Origin: Pseudomonadota bacterium
Lineage (GTDB): Bacteria; Bdellovibrionota_C; UBA2361; OMII01
NCBI GenBank assembly: GCA_900299055.1
Contig: OMII01000059.1
Coordinates: 1 to 46,053 of the forward strand
Reading direction: 5' to 3'
DNA length: 46,053 nucleotides
Part shown: piece after piece, positions 36,229 through 45,306 of the stretch
Numbering within the stretch: position 1 is the first letter of the stretch
How the letters are laid out: each line of letters starts with the position of its first letter
Program-made: the position numbers and the translations under genes
The notes under the pieces: model-generated
Databases searched by the model: none
What the model was told of the DNA's origin: nothing
Seen by the model: the letters and a program-made list of their open reading frames with translations, nothing else

Positions 36229-36263
36229 TCCCTCTGTGGTTTGGCACTCCTGCCACAGAGGGA
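36229..36263. terminator. Perfect 11-bp stem-loop in the convergent gap (TonB-receptor gene / metK), preceded by a 7-bp stem-loop at 36204-36228
   Basis: TCCCTCTGTGG-tttggcactcctg-CCACAGAGGGA lies 11 nt beyond the metK stop. The adjacent hairpin is GTGCCGG-N11-CCGGCAC. There is no U-tract on either strand, so terminator function is inferred from position only. Confidence 0.45.
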
Positions 36264-36273
36264 GTAACGGCGA

Positions 36274-37452
36274 CTAGGAGCCCAATAAAGACTTTAACTG
36301 CTGAGCCTTGTCGGCGCGCTCCCAGGAGAAGCTGCCATCTGCTCCAGCTTCGCGCCCGAAGTGACCATACGAGGCGGTTGGGCGATAGATTGGCTTCAGG
36401 AGATCAAGGGAGCGAATGATGCCTCTAGGTGTTAGGTCAAACACTTCCTGAACAGTGGCCGAGATCTTCGCTTCACTGACCTTTCCGGTACCGAACGTGT
36501 TTACGTAGACGGATACAGGCTTGGCGACACCAATCGCATATGCCACCTGAACTTCGCACTTGGATGCAAGTCCAGCAGCCACGACATTTTTGGCGATATA
36601 ACGAGCCGCGTAGGCCGCGGAACGATCTACCTTCGATGGATCTTTTCCTGAGAAAGCTCCGCCGCCGTGTCTGCTATAGCCTCCGTAGGTGTCAACGATA
36701 ATTTTTCGACCGGTGAGACCACAGTCTCCAACTGGTCCGCCGATAACAAAACGGCCGGTAGGGTTGATTAGATATTTCGTTTTTGAGGTTAGGTACTGAC
36801 TGGGTATAACTCTCTTAACGATGTTCTCTACGACGTATTCCTCAACATCCTTTAGGGATGCGGCCTCGGCGTGCTGCGTCGAGATAACAATTGTATCAAC
36901 CGCGTGTGGCCGTCCGTCACGATACTCAACCGTTACTTGGCTCTTAGCGTCTGGCTTCAAGAAGGAGCCTGTCTCGCCTCTGCGAGCGCGCGACAGAGCT
37001 CGCATAAGCTGGTGAGAGAGTGATATCGGAAGTGGCATCAACTCAGGTGTCTCATCGCACGCGAAACCAAACATGAGTCCTTGGTCACCGGCGCCTTGCT
37101 CTTTGTGAAGGCCCTCGTGTTCATTCACTCCCATGCTGATGTCAGGAGATTGTTGACTGATAAAGGTCATGATTGAGCAGCTCTGGGAGTCGAAGCCAAG
37201 CGCTGGGTCATCGTACCCGATGTCCTTGATGACGTTTCTCGCCAAGTGCTCGTAGTTAACAACTTTGGTCGAGGTTATCTCGCCTGCCAGTATCACGACG
37301 TCATTCTTAACGAGAGCCTCGCACGCGACGCGCGCTGAAGGGTCTTCTTTTAAAAAGGCGTCGAGCACTGAGTCGCTTAGTTGATCGGCGACCTTGTCTG
37401 GGTGTCCTTCTCCCACGGATTCTGAGGTGAAGAGGAAGTCTTTGAGGGTCAT
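36274..37452 (-). CDS. metK: S-adenosylmethionine synthetase
   Basis: I trimmed the start to the ATG at complement 37450-37452, which has an AGGAGA RBS 7 nt upstream. The product begins [24 protein letters not shown] and also has [12 protein letters not shown] and [19 protein letters not shown]. Confidence 0.95.
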   Translation of the reverse strand: MTLKDFLFTSESVGEGHPDKVADQLSDSVLDAFLKEDPSARVACEALVKNDVVILAGEITSTKVVNYEHLARNVIKDIGYDDPALGFDSQSCSIMTFISQQSPDISMGVNEHEGLHKEQGAGDQGLMFGFACDETPELMPLPISLSHQLMRALSRARRGETGSFLKPDAKSQVTVEYRDGRPHAVDTIVISTQHAEAASLKDVEEYVVENIVKRVIPSQYLTSKTKYLINPTGRFVIGGPVGDCGLTGRKIIVDTYGGYSRHGGGAFSGKDPSKVDRSAAYAARYIAKNVVAAGLASKCEVQVAYAIGVAKPVSVYVNTFGTGKVSEAKISATVQEVFDLTPRGIIRSLDLLKPIYRPTASYGHFGREAGADGSFSWERADKAQQLKSLLGS

Positions 37453-37635
37453 GAAGTAGTCTCCTAGCTTTAGCTCGTTAGGGATATTTGGCGCAGAATA
37501 CGCCGTAACTCCCGATTTGGACAAGCGGAAACCTGAACCGTTGTTATTAAGATGCTGTTAGAATGCAAGGGGCTCTCGGTGATATCAAAATGGTGCTTTC
37601 TAGCCCGTAATCGCCCAGTTGCTTGATGCCTAGAG

Positions 37636-38529
37636 CTAGAGGTCTCGGTGTTTTACACTTACGAGGTAGTCTGCGCCCGATACTTTGGCGCTGAGAGCTT
37701 CGGCGATAGCCACGGAGCGGTGCTTGCCACCAGTGCATCCGATACCCACGTTAAGGTACGCCTTACCTTCGAACTGATATTTCGGAAGGAGAAAGCCAAG
37801 TAGCTCAGCATAGCGCGAAACAAATTCCCCCGCGTCGGGGGAGGCGAAAACGTAATCTTTCACCTCAATCTCACGACCGTCGCGTTCTCGGAGCGATTCT
37901 ATAAAATGCGGATTGCGAAGAAACCTGACATCAACAATCAGGTCGCAGTCGAGAGGGATTCCGTGCTTAAACCCGAAGGAGAGGAAGTTAACTCGCAAGT
38001 GCCTTCCTTTAACAGTTCCTAGACTCTCAAGGAAATCTCGCAGCTCACGTTTCAGCGCGTGAACGTTGAAGGATGATGTGTCTACGACGAGGTCCGCCGT
38101 CTCTTTGACCGGCTGTAGTCGAGCGCGCTCGCGCTCGATCGTGTCTTCGAGGGACTTATCTTTTACTGGGTCAAAGCCGGGGTGTGGGCGACGAGTTTCG
38201 CTGTAGCGTTTAACGATTGAGCGGGTGTCCGCGTCGAGAAAGATGACTTTGAGGTTCTGCGGACGATGGGGGCCAGAGCCAATCAGGGGCAGAATGTGTT
38301 TGCGGCTCTCCTGTGAATCGATATCAAGCAGGAGGGCAGTGTTGGCATATCGAGCGCCAGACGATGCGGACAAAGCGAGGAAGCTCGTCACTAAGGGCAC
38401 CGGGAGATTATCCACCACGTAGTACCCGCTGTCACCGAGTAGGTCCATGGCGGTAGATTTGCCAGCTCCCGATAGCCCTGTGACTATGATGAGCGATGTA
38501 AAATGTGAAAATGATTCGAGCGAGCTCAA
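37636..38529 (-). CDS. rapZ: RNase adapter / nucleotide-binding protein RapZ (YhbJ)
   Basis: 297 aa. It has IIVTGLSGAGKSTAMDLLGDSGYYVVDNLP and the C-terminal IGCTGGKHRSV. The TTG start overlaps the hpf stop (TTGA). Confidence 0.9.
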   Translation of the reverse strand: MSSLESFSHFTSLIIVTGLSGAGKSTAMDLLGDSGYYVVDNLPVPLVTSFLALSASSGARYANTALLLDIDSQESRKHILPLIGSGPHRPQNLKVIFLDADTRSIVKRYSETRRPHPGFDPVKDKSLEDTIERERARLQPVKETADLVVDTSSFNVHALKRELRDFLESLGTVKGRHLRVNFLSFGFKHGIPLDCDLIVDVRFLRNPHFIESLRERDGREIEVKDYVFASPDAGEFVSRYAELLGFLLPKYQFEGKAYLNVGIGCTGGKHRSVAIAEALSAKVSGADYLVSVKHRDL

Positions 38530-38840
38530 TGGTGACTGGTGACCTTCTCTTTATGTTTGCGCAGTTGCTGCGTGAGTGAGTCTGTAAGCATATCAATAGA
38601 CGCGTATAGATCTTCGCTCTCTTCCTTTACAATAAAGTCAGCGCCTGAGAGATGCATCGACAATTCTGCTATCTGGCGGCTCTTTTCTACCTTGAGCACC
38701 ATATGAGCTTCGGTGTCTTGATGCGCAAACTTCCGTACACAATGCGTGACCTTGTCAGTTGCATACTGCTTGATGGCATCTGTGGCATCAAGATTTAAAA
38801 AAGCTATATTTATGTGTACGGATTTTGATGAGTCGCCCAT
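38526..38840 (-). CDS. hpf: Ribosome hibernation promoting factor (short HPF/YhbH type)
   Basis: 104 aa. It has INIAFLNLDATDAIKQYATDKV...MVLKVEKSRQIAELSMHLSGADF. An AGGAGGAACC sequence sits directly upstream of the ATG. Confidence 0.85.
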   Translation of the reverse strand: MGDSSKSVHINIAFLNLDATDAIKQYATDKVTHCVRKFAHQDTEAHMVLKVEKSRQIAELSMHLSGADFIVKEESEDLYASIDMLTDSLTQQLRKHKEKVTSHH

Positions 38841-39214
38841 GGTTCCTCCTAATGTGAGCTACACGTGTTTTTTAAAAAAATCTGAAAACGCCTAGTGGAA
38901 AATCCAAAGAAAGCGGGCGGTGCGTCGAAATGAAGAACGAGTGGTGTTGATGTCATGAACCCTCTCTCTTCAAAAATAACCACGCTCTCACTGAAAGGCA
39001 AAGAGAAAGTGGGTTTTTTAGAATAGGTGAAGACCCGGTAGTAGTATCGTGTGCGGTGAAGGAAGAAGGCCCTAGCAGCATCTAAGAAGTGATTCGGCGG
39101 TTTTGCGTGGCGCCATAATGTTTTACAGCTTCTTCGCGCAAAATAGTCGTGCCAGTTGTTGCAGACTCACGTAACCCCCTGATTGTGCAACTCTATGGCC
39201 TTGGTTTGTAGCGG

Positions 39215-40684
39215 CTACAGTATTTGTTTGCGCTGCGAAGACGAGGGGATGCCCAGCGTTTCTCGATATTTGGCTACAGTGCGTCGGGCGATATCGATAT
39301 TTTTGGCCTTAAGCATATCGACAATCTGCTGATCGCTAATGGGGCTCGTGGGGGATTCTGCCGCAATTATGTTTTTGATCTGATCCTTCACAGACGACGA
39401 AGAAATATCGCCCGCGTCGGTTTTAATCCCCGAGGTGAAGAAAAACTTGAGCTCAAAAAGACCTTGAGGAGTGTGAACATACTTCTCGGTAGTAACGCGG
39501 CTGACAGTAGATTCGTGCATCCCAATGTCATCTGCTACATCCTTAAGCACTAACGGCTTGAGGTGAGAAACGCCGTGTTCAAAGAAAGCTCGCTGAAATT
39601 TTACAATGCTCTCTGTTACTCGAAATATTGTTTGCTGCCGCTGTTGAATACTTTTAATCAGCCACGAAGCAGCACGTACTCGCTCCGTTAAGTACGCTTT
39701 GTGCTCGTCTTGCGATGAGCCTGCTTCCTTAAGCAAGCTAGTGTACATGGGATTAATCTGCAACCGTGGAACACCTTCTTCGTTGAGTGTTACTACAAAA
39801 TCTCGACCTACCTTTTGTACGTACACGTCAGGCACGATGTAACGAACTGCCTCGTCTGCGAAGGGGCGACCTGGGCGAGGTTCAAGAGTCCTTATCATCG
39901 CGATTGCGCGCGCGATATCCTCGCGTGTTACGCCCTCTGTCTTGGCAATCGCGTCGTATTTTCGCTTTTCTAATTTATCTAGATGCGAGGAGATGATGCG
40001 TGACTCAAGTCCGTTTGATAATCCGCGCGCCTCAAGCTGTGTTAGGAGACACTCTTGAAGATTCTTCGTGCAGCATCCAATCGGGTCGAGAAATCGTAGC
40101 GTGTCAGCCACCATGGCGACATCTTCGGCCGGGCATCCGCAAATGCTAGCGAGTTCCTCGAATGAGCAATCGAGAAATCCATCGCGGTTGAGGTTCCCGA
40201 CGATGTTTTGAGCGATCATTACGTCCTCGGATGAGAAATCTTGGAACCGAATTTGGGCGAGCAGATGCTGCTCTAGAGTCTCGTTCTGAGTAGCTACGAC
40301 CTCTGGTGGTTGGCGATCCTCAAAATTTGAGGCGCCTTTGGCCGATGCGGAGCCTTGGTAATCAGTAAAGTTCTCAGAGTAATCCTCCCAGTCTACCTTT
40401 GGTTCCGAGCTTGAGGCGTTCGAGGAGTCTTCGGAGTCGGGTGTGCTCAGGGGCCCGGAGAGAACTGTTGGTCCTACCTCCATGCCCTCTGGTGCAGATG
40501 GACTGGCTTTGCTCTCGAACTCCTCTCGGTTCTCTTCAAGTACCGGATTCTCCAGTAGTTCCTTCTGGATCGCCTCTTGGTATTCCAAGCGACCGAGTTG
40601 GAGCAGCTTGATCGCCTGCTGAAGCTGGGGCGTCATTAAGAGCGACTGTCCCATCTTCTGTACGAGTTTGTGCTCTAACCCCAT
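39215..40684 (-). CDS. rpoN: RNA polymerase sigma-54 factor
   Basis: 489 aa. It has the N-terminus LMTPQLQQAIKLLQL, an acidic region II, the HTH MHESTVSRV and the RpoN box ARRTVAKYRETLGIPSS. Confidence 0.95.
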   Translation of the reverse strand: MGLEHKLVQKMGQSLLMTPQLQQAIKLLQLGRLEYQEAIQKELLENPVLEENREEFESKASPSAPEGMEVGPTVLSGPLSTPDSEDSSNASSSEPKVDWEDYSENFTDYQGSASAKGASNFEDRQPPEVVATQNETLEQHLLAQIRFQDFSSEDVMIAQNIVGNLNRDGFLDCSFEELASICGCPAEDVAMVADTLRFLDPIGCCTKNLQECLLTQLEARGLSNGLESRIISSHLDKLEKRKYDAIAKTEGVTREDIARAIAMIRTLEPRPGRPFADEAVRYIVPDVYVQKVGRDFVVTLNEEGVPRLQINPMYTSLLKEAGSSQDEHKAYLTERVRAASWLIKSIQQRQQTIFRVTESIVKFQRAFFEHGVSHLKPLVLKDVADDIGMHESTVSRVTTEKYVHTPQGLFELKFFFTSGIKTDAGDISSSSVKDQIKNIIAAESPTSPISDQQIVDMLKAKNIDIARRTVAKYRETLGIPSSSQRKQIL

Positions 40685-41043
40685 GGCGTTCCTTTCATTT
40701 CTGCAGACCAGGCTGTGTCAGCTTTTGGTCACAGGTGTTCTAGTCTAAATCATTTCCTCTCTAATAGATGTCAGAAGTAGGGGGGAAGGGAGTAAGAAAA
40801 TGGAGCTCGTTAGCAAAAACTGGACCGAGGCGGGGCTTGCTCCATTAAATCAGATAGTTAGTAGGTGTCGTGAATTGGCAACGGCGGTCTTTTCAGTTGT
40901 ATGGCACGGATGGTGGCGATAATCAGCTCTGAGCTCTCCTGCTTGCTTTGGGAGCGTCCGACGAGAGTCAGCGAGACGAATGTTTGACGCGTAGCTCCTC
41001 GCTAGAGACATGACGCGGGGAAGAGTCGTAAGGGTAGGTAAAA

Positions 41044-41604
41044 GTGTATCACGACAAGCAGCCACAGCGACCAGCCAGGGTTATACTGATATCAGGACCC
41101 GGGGGAGCGGGCAAAACGTCCATGGGCGAACGGATTGCGCGTGTGCCTGGTTGGTGCCACATCGCTGAGGATTCGGTGTGGGATGAAATGCCGCGCGACC
41201 CACACTCACCCAGGACTGAAGCCGAGAAGGCTGCGGTGCAGCGACGAGTGGTTGCGTTAGTTGCGCAAAGAGTCCACGAAAGCACAAATGTCGCACTGGA
41301 TTTCATATTGTATGAGGCGCCACCTCAACCGATCGTATACTACCAAACGGAGCTAGCGAAGCTCGGAGTCCAGGTCATAACGTATGTGCTATGCCCATCT
41401 GTCGAGCAAATTCTCGAACGGCAGGCAAAGCGTGGCAATTCTCACGACTCCCAAGCTGGACTCTCCGAACGAAGACGAAATGCACAACACCAAGTAGCGT
41501 GTGCGAGATCCGCTGATATTGACTGCGCGTGGTTAGTGGATTCGTTAGATAATTCAATTGAGATGACGTACCAGCACTTCTTTCGCGCACGAGTGGAAGA
41601 GTAG
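41044..41604 (+). CDS. Small P-loop NTPase/kinase (AAA_33 / chloramphenicol-phosphotransferase-like)
   Basis: 186 aa with a GTG start. It has Walker A ISGPGGAGKTS followed by HIAEDSVWDEM. It is divergent from rpoN. The substrate is unknown. Confidence 0.55.
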   Translation: MYHDKQPQRPARVILISGPGGAGKTSMGERIARVPGWCHIAEDSVWDEMPRDPHSPRTEAEKAAVQRRVVALVAQRVHESTNVALDFILYEAPPQPIVYYQTELAKLGVQVITYVLCPSVEQILERQAKRGNSHDSQAGLSERRRNAQHQVACARSADIDCAWLVDSLDNSIEMTYQHFFRARVEE

Positions 41605-41705
41605 TGTGTTCCTGGCGCTAGCTATGATTGTCCCACAGCGGCGTGATCAATCGTTTTCAAAGAGCAACGACTCACGCTCTGACGCGAGTTTGTGCACGAT
41701 GCAAA

Positions 41706-42131
41706 CTAGGGTTCCTGGGCTTCTATCGAGCGATCAGGTTGCACGATGAATGTTCTCGATATCTGCGACTGGCCAGCTGGGCTCAGGTACTCCTGTGAAG
41801 CGTATTGGATTCCCTGTTTGTGGATGGAGAGCGAGACTCGTTCGCCCGCCATGACCCGGAGGCCAACACCACACGTTCCTTCATTGGTTGTGACGCACGA
41901 AAAGCTACCGACTGACGAGATTACACGAAGGGTCGTATTGGCCTGCGGTTTTCCGGCGACGTTGACTATTCTCGCACGAAGTGTGAACGACAGTGGTTCG
42001 TTGGCTCGTCCGGTAAATCCGGCGAACTCCGCCCCTCGAGTTCCAAGGCCTGTGCCGATAGTGCCTCCTCCGCAGGCGCTGCTTGTGAGGCAAATAAGTG
42101 TGAGGAATAACGACGCGAGCTGCTTTCTCAT
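41706..42131 (-). CDS. Lipoprotein with a beta-sandwich-like (CarboxypepD_reg-like?) body, hypothetical
   Basis: 141 aa. It has the lipobox LTSSAC after MRKQLASLFLTLIC. Its start lies 1 nt after the stop of the upstream gene. The competing plus-strand ORF 41746-42144 has no such features. Confidence 0.55.
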   Translation of the reverse strand: MRKQLASLFLTLICLTSSACGGGTIGTGLGTRGAEFAGFTGRANEPLSFTLRARIVNVAGKPQANTTLRVISSVGSFSCVTTNEGTCGVGLRVMAGERVSLSIHKQGIQYASQEYLSPAGQSQISRTFIVQPDRSIEAQEP

Positions 42132-42132
42132 A

Positions 42133-43029
42133 TCAGAATCCTGATGGTTTCTTGCTTCGCTCTACTCGAGCGAAGCAACTTACAATAACTTTGCAACCAG
42201 CTGTCTTCCCCGGTTGAGGGCGAATATCGCCATCGTGTTCGGACAGCATAGAGCGGGCTTTTTGATGGAATAGCGCCCCTTCATCGAGTAACCAGTCCTG
42301 CACCGATGACAGGGATTCCTCGTACACATTATCAAACTCTGTGCGGGCGTGGAGGTTTGGAACTCGTGGTTGTAGCAGGAGATTCTGTTCGACTGAAAGA
42401 GAGAGGTCGTCGACATCTCGAGCGAGAATTTCATACCCTCGGCCAATGTCACGCGTAATTTCATGGCCAGGGGCTATTAATTTAAGCCCGTGAGGAGTTC
42501 TTTTTACCACACCCATGCGTTCCACTTGCGACAAGATGCTGCTGGGATGAACGTCGCTGGTCACTTCGCGTACCAGCGCATAGAAGCTTTGCGGAGATCC
42601 ATCGATTTCAAGTACACGCGGAGATCCAGAAGCTGTACGCCAGTCCCGCTGATTCTCCCAGGCCGTTAGCACCTTGCGGACGGCGCTATCAGATTCAACG
42701 GGGAGGGTCTCATGAGAGATGATTCTGTCCACGTCCCGTCGGTGCAGGCCAGTGGCGACACTAATACGACTGATGTTGACCTTGGCACCCTCCTGGACTA
42801 GCTGCTCCTGTGCTGTGAGGACAAAGGCTGTTTTGGCACTCTCTAGGAAATCCTGAATGCCAAAACCAGTTCTGAGACATAGACGCGCGACTGGGCGAAG
42901 CATGATGAGCAGTAGGGAGTGCACTGTTTTTGCGTCCAGCCTCATATGTGTAATCATACCATAAATAGATGCGAGGGCACTAAGGGATGACGACGATAGT
43001 ACAGAAAATAAACAACTACCTGACTTCAT
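42133..43029 (-). CDS. Cytoplasmic hypothetical protein with a probable HTH (DUF6502-like, from memory)
   Basis: 298 aa. The segment NISRISVATGLHRRDVDRII looks like a helix-turn-helix. There is no signal peptide. Alternative starts lie at M25 and M29. The family assignment is from recall only. Confidence 0.4.
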   Translation of the reverse strand: MKSGSCLFSVLSSSSLSALASIYGMITHMRLDAKTVHSLLLIMLRPVARLCLRTGFGIQDFLESAKTAFVLTAQEQLVQEGAKVNISRISVATGLHRRDVDRIISHETLPVESDSAVRKVLTAWENQRDWRTASGSPRVLEIDGSPQSFYALVREVTSDVHPSSILSQVERMGVVKRTPHGLKLIAPGHEITRDIGRGYEILARDVDDLSLSVEQNLLLQPRVPNLHARTEFDNVYEESLSSVQDWLLDEGALFHQKARSMLSEHDGDIRPQPGKTAGCKVIVSCFARVERSKKPSGF

Positions 43030-43046
43030 TGTCTAATCCGGTTGCT

Positions 43047-43814
43047 CTAGTGCCGATCACCTGAACTATCAAGCTCGTGAGGCGTAAGAAGAGCCTGGTG
43101 TAACTTCTGGGCTACGTCGTTCAACGCTATTCGTTGCGCCTGACCAAGCGCGCTCGATGCGGAGTGTTCGGAAGTTCCGCCTATTCCCAAGATCTGAGTC
43201 GATGACTGCTCGTCAACCGTGACGAATCTGCCGTTGGCAGAGAACGACAACAGTATTCGGTGAGTGTTAACATCAATTATCTGAATATCAAGACCAACCA
43301 TTCCCACCGTGCGAGAAGATGACTCGTGATATTCGGGGTTAGCTGCGGCTACACCAACGCCGCTCCATAACAAGCCCGGCTCGCCGGTAACAGCGCCTGC
43401 AATTGCAGCGACGAACCCAATCCACCCAAATGAGAAGTCTCTACTCGTCGAGTCTCTCTCTGCCAATTCATTGTATTCCGTAGTCGATGCGCGCACCATG
43501 TAGGGTCCCATCTGCGAGCCTCGTGGTATCGCTTTGCCGCCCGGCACAGAATCATAGAGCACAAAGTTTCCAACACGAGATAGTGTCGTTGTTAGCTGTG
43601 CTGCGATGCGTTGATCGCATGAGGTTGAATCGACAATAATACTTACTCGAGGTTTGGTAGGGTCATAAGGTAGAGAAATCTGCTCGACGCTTGCAGAGGC
43701 AGGACCGTTTGCTAAAGCCCGTGCGTCTAGTGGAGTCCTTGATGAGCAGGCCGAGGTCGTTACGGCAAGGCAGATAAGGCTCATTAGAGTGGAGTGGCAG
43801 CGATATGTCTTCAC
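43047..43814 (-). CDS. CsgG-family lipoprotein (curli-secretion-channel-like fold)
   Basis: 255 aa. It has the lipobox VTTSAC. KPRVSIIVDS...IAAQLTTTLSRVGNFVLYD and TVGMVGLDIQIIDVNTHRILLSFSANG parallel CsgG (...IAVNLRVVNVSTGEILSSVNTS) as I recall it. Confidence 0.6.
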   Translation of the reverse strand: MKTYRCHSTLMSLICLAVTTSACSSRTPLDARALANGPASASVEQISLPYDPTKPRVSIIVDSTSCDQRIAAQLTTTLSRVGNFVLYDSVPGGKAIPRGSQMGPYMVRASTTEYNELAERDSTSRDFSFGWIGFVAAIAGAVTGEPGLLWSGVGVAAANPEYHESSSRTVGMVGLDIQIIDVNTHRILLSFSANGRFVTVDEQSSTQILGIGGTSEHSASSALGQAQRIALNDVAQKLHQALLTPHELDSSGDRH

Positions 43815-43852
43815 GGTAATCCTTGGGGAAATAGTTGTCTTCTTGTCTTGAG

Positions 43853-43878
43853 GCAGCGCTCGAAAATCCGAGCGCTGC
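43853..43878 (-). promoter_or_regulatory. Perfect 10-bp GC-rich intercistronic stem-loop
   Basis: GCAGCGCTCG-aaaatc-CGAGCGCTGC lies between the stop of the secreted-protein gene (43896) and the start of the CsgG-like gene (43814). No U-tract follows it on the transcribed strand. Confidence 0.6.
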
Positions 43879-43895
43879 TGTATTAGTGCGAGTAG

Positions 43896-44399
43896 TTAAT
43901 TGACCTGAAGATTGCCCTCGAACACTGCTTGGCAGCTGGCACCATCAACGTTGCGACGTAAGGTCGCTGTATATCGGAAGTTTGCTGTATAGTCGCTGAG
44001 CACTGGCCCTGCTGATATGACATGAGTGGTTGTGACACCGGCGCGGCGATCAAGTTTTCTGGTGCTGACAGAAAAGCCAGCTCGATTGCCTCTCCCTGTG
44101 AGCTTCATCCCGCCGGAGTCTTGCACTATGAATCGGTATCCACTTTGTCGCACAGAGAAGAGAGCATTAAATGCATCTGATGTTCCGACGCAGCTGGTGC
44201 TTACAAGGTAGAAGGTGCCATGGACGATGGCTGTACTCGATGCGCTCATTCGTTGCCCAGAGCTCGTCTGCGACATTGCCTGCGCTTTCGCAGGATGTGA
44301 GGTCTTAGCCCACGTAGTGTCGGCGAGTGCCGCACTTCGAGTCGTCAGAATAGAGGCAGCTACGAAGATGGTCTTGGTGATGATTGAAACAGAACGCAT
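43896..44399 (-). CDS. Secreted/periplasmic hypothetical protein, first gene of the CsgG-like module
   Basis: I trimmed the start to the ATG at complement 44397-44399, which has an AAGGAG RBS 7 nt upstream. It begins MRSVSIITKTIFVAASILTTRSAALA|DTTW, a signal peptide. The body is Ser/Thr-rich and beta-like with two Cys. Confidence 0.55.
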   Translation of the reverse strand: MRSVSIITKTIFVAASILTTRSAALADTTWAKTSHPAKAQAMSQTSSGQRMSASSTAIVHGTFYLVSTSCVGTSDAFNALFSVRQSGYRFIVQDSGGMKLTGRGNRAGFSVSTRKLDRRAGVTTTHVISAGPVLSDYTANFRYTATLRRNVDGASCQAVFEGNLQVN

Positions 44400-44566
44400 G
44401 ATGTACTCCTTATAAAAATGGAACATTTACCCATATTCGTCGGAGCCGGTTTATCTGCTTCTGTTTTTTTAAGAAAATGCGTAACTAGTTAATAATACGC
44501 GTGTTTTCGCCAGCTGATTTTTAAACTGCCGAGGCTTTGCACCTAGCGCATGAGTATTTGTCGCGA

Positions 44567-45292
44567 TTAGAGCCGGAAATCTCCCCCGAGGTAGTATCGC
44601 CTCGCGCGCTCGGAGTTTGCGATTTGATCAGGGGTTCCCTCTTCAAGCACCTTTCCGTCAACGAGGATATACGACCGATCACAGATCCCTAGGGTCTCTC
44701 GAACGTTATGATCGGTGATAAGCACTCCAATCCCTTTTGCCTTTAACTTCCACACGATCTCTTGGATGTCCTTAATCGCTAGGGGGTCGATGCCGGCGAA
44801 TGGCTCATCCAGAAGGATGAACTGAGGGTTGCGAGCTAAGCATCTACTGATTTCAACTCGGCGGCGCTCTCCGCCTGAAAGAGCACTGGCCATACTTGAG
44901 GACAGGTGAGAAAGCCCCAGCTCTTCGAGTAATTCGGTAAGGCGAGCCTCACGCTCTGTGGACGAAGGAAAATCCATCGTCTCTAGAATTGACATGACAT
45001 TGTCCCGAACTGAAAGTTTGCGGAACACAGAGGCTTCTTGGGGCAGGTAGCCGATGCCGAGTCGTGCTCGAGCATACATCGGCTGCTTGGTGATATCTGA
45101 ATCATTTAGGGTTACAGAGCCGGTATCGGGGGCTGCCAGTCCGACGCACATATAAAATGTCGTGGTCTTTCCAGCGCCGTTGGGGCCTAAAAGGCCAACG
45201 ACCTCTCCTGCGTGTACTGATACGCTCACTCCGTTGACTACACGTCTCCCGCTGTAGGCTTTGGTGACGTTATTCGTTTTGAGCGTCGTCAT
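44567..45292 (-). CDS. lptB: LPS export ABC transporter ATP-binding protein LptB
   Basis: 241 aa. It has GLLGPNGAGKTTTFYM, LSGGERRRVEISR, ILLDEPFAGIDP and the C-terminal ARRYYLGGDF. Confidence 0.9.
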   Translation of the reverse strand: MTTLKTNNVTKAYSGRRVVNGVSVSVHAGEVVGLLGPNGAGKTTTFYMCVGLAAPDTGSVTLNDSDITKQPMYARARLGIGYLPQEASVFRKLSVRDNVMSILETMDFPSSTEREARLTELLEELGLSHLSSSMASALSGGERRRVEISRCLARNPQFILLDEPFAGIDPLAIKDIQEIVWKLKAKGIGVLITDHNVRETLGICDRSYILVDGKVLEEGTPDQIANSERARRYYLGGDFRL

Positions 45293-45306
45293 GTTGCTAT
45301 CGAAAA

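Noticed and set aside
37453-37635. A possible SAM riboswitch in the 183-nt metK leader. An AAAGCU string lies next to the Shine-Dalgarno, as in SAM-II/SAM-V.
   Set aside because: I could find only a short 4-bp hairpin and no convincing pseudoknot partner. The evidence is not enough to call a riboswitch without a covariance-model search.
39137-39154. The sigma-54-like string TGGCACGACTATTTTGCG on the minus strand upstream of hpf.
   Set aside because: The GG-to-GC spacing is N12 rather than the strictly required N10, so I do not call it a promoter. It is mentioned only as part of the spacer finding.
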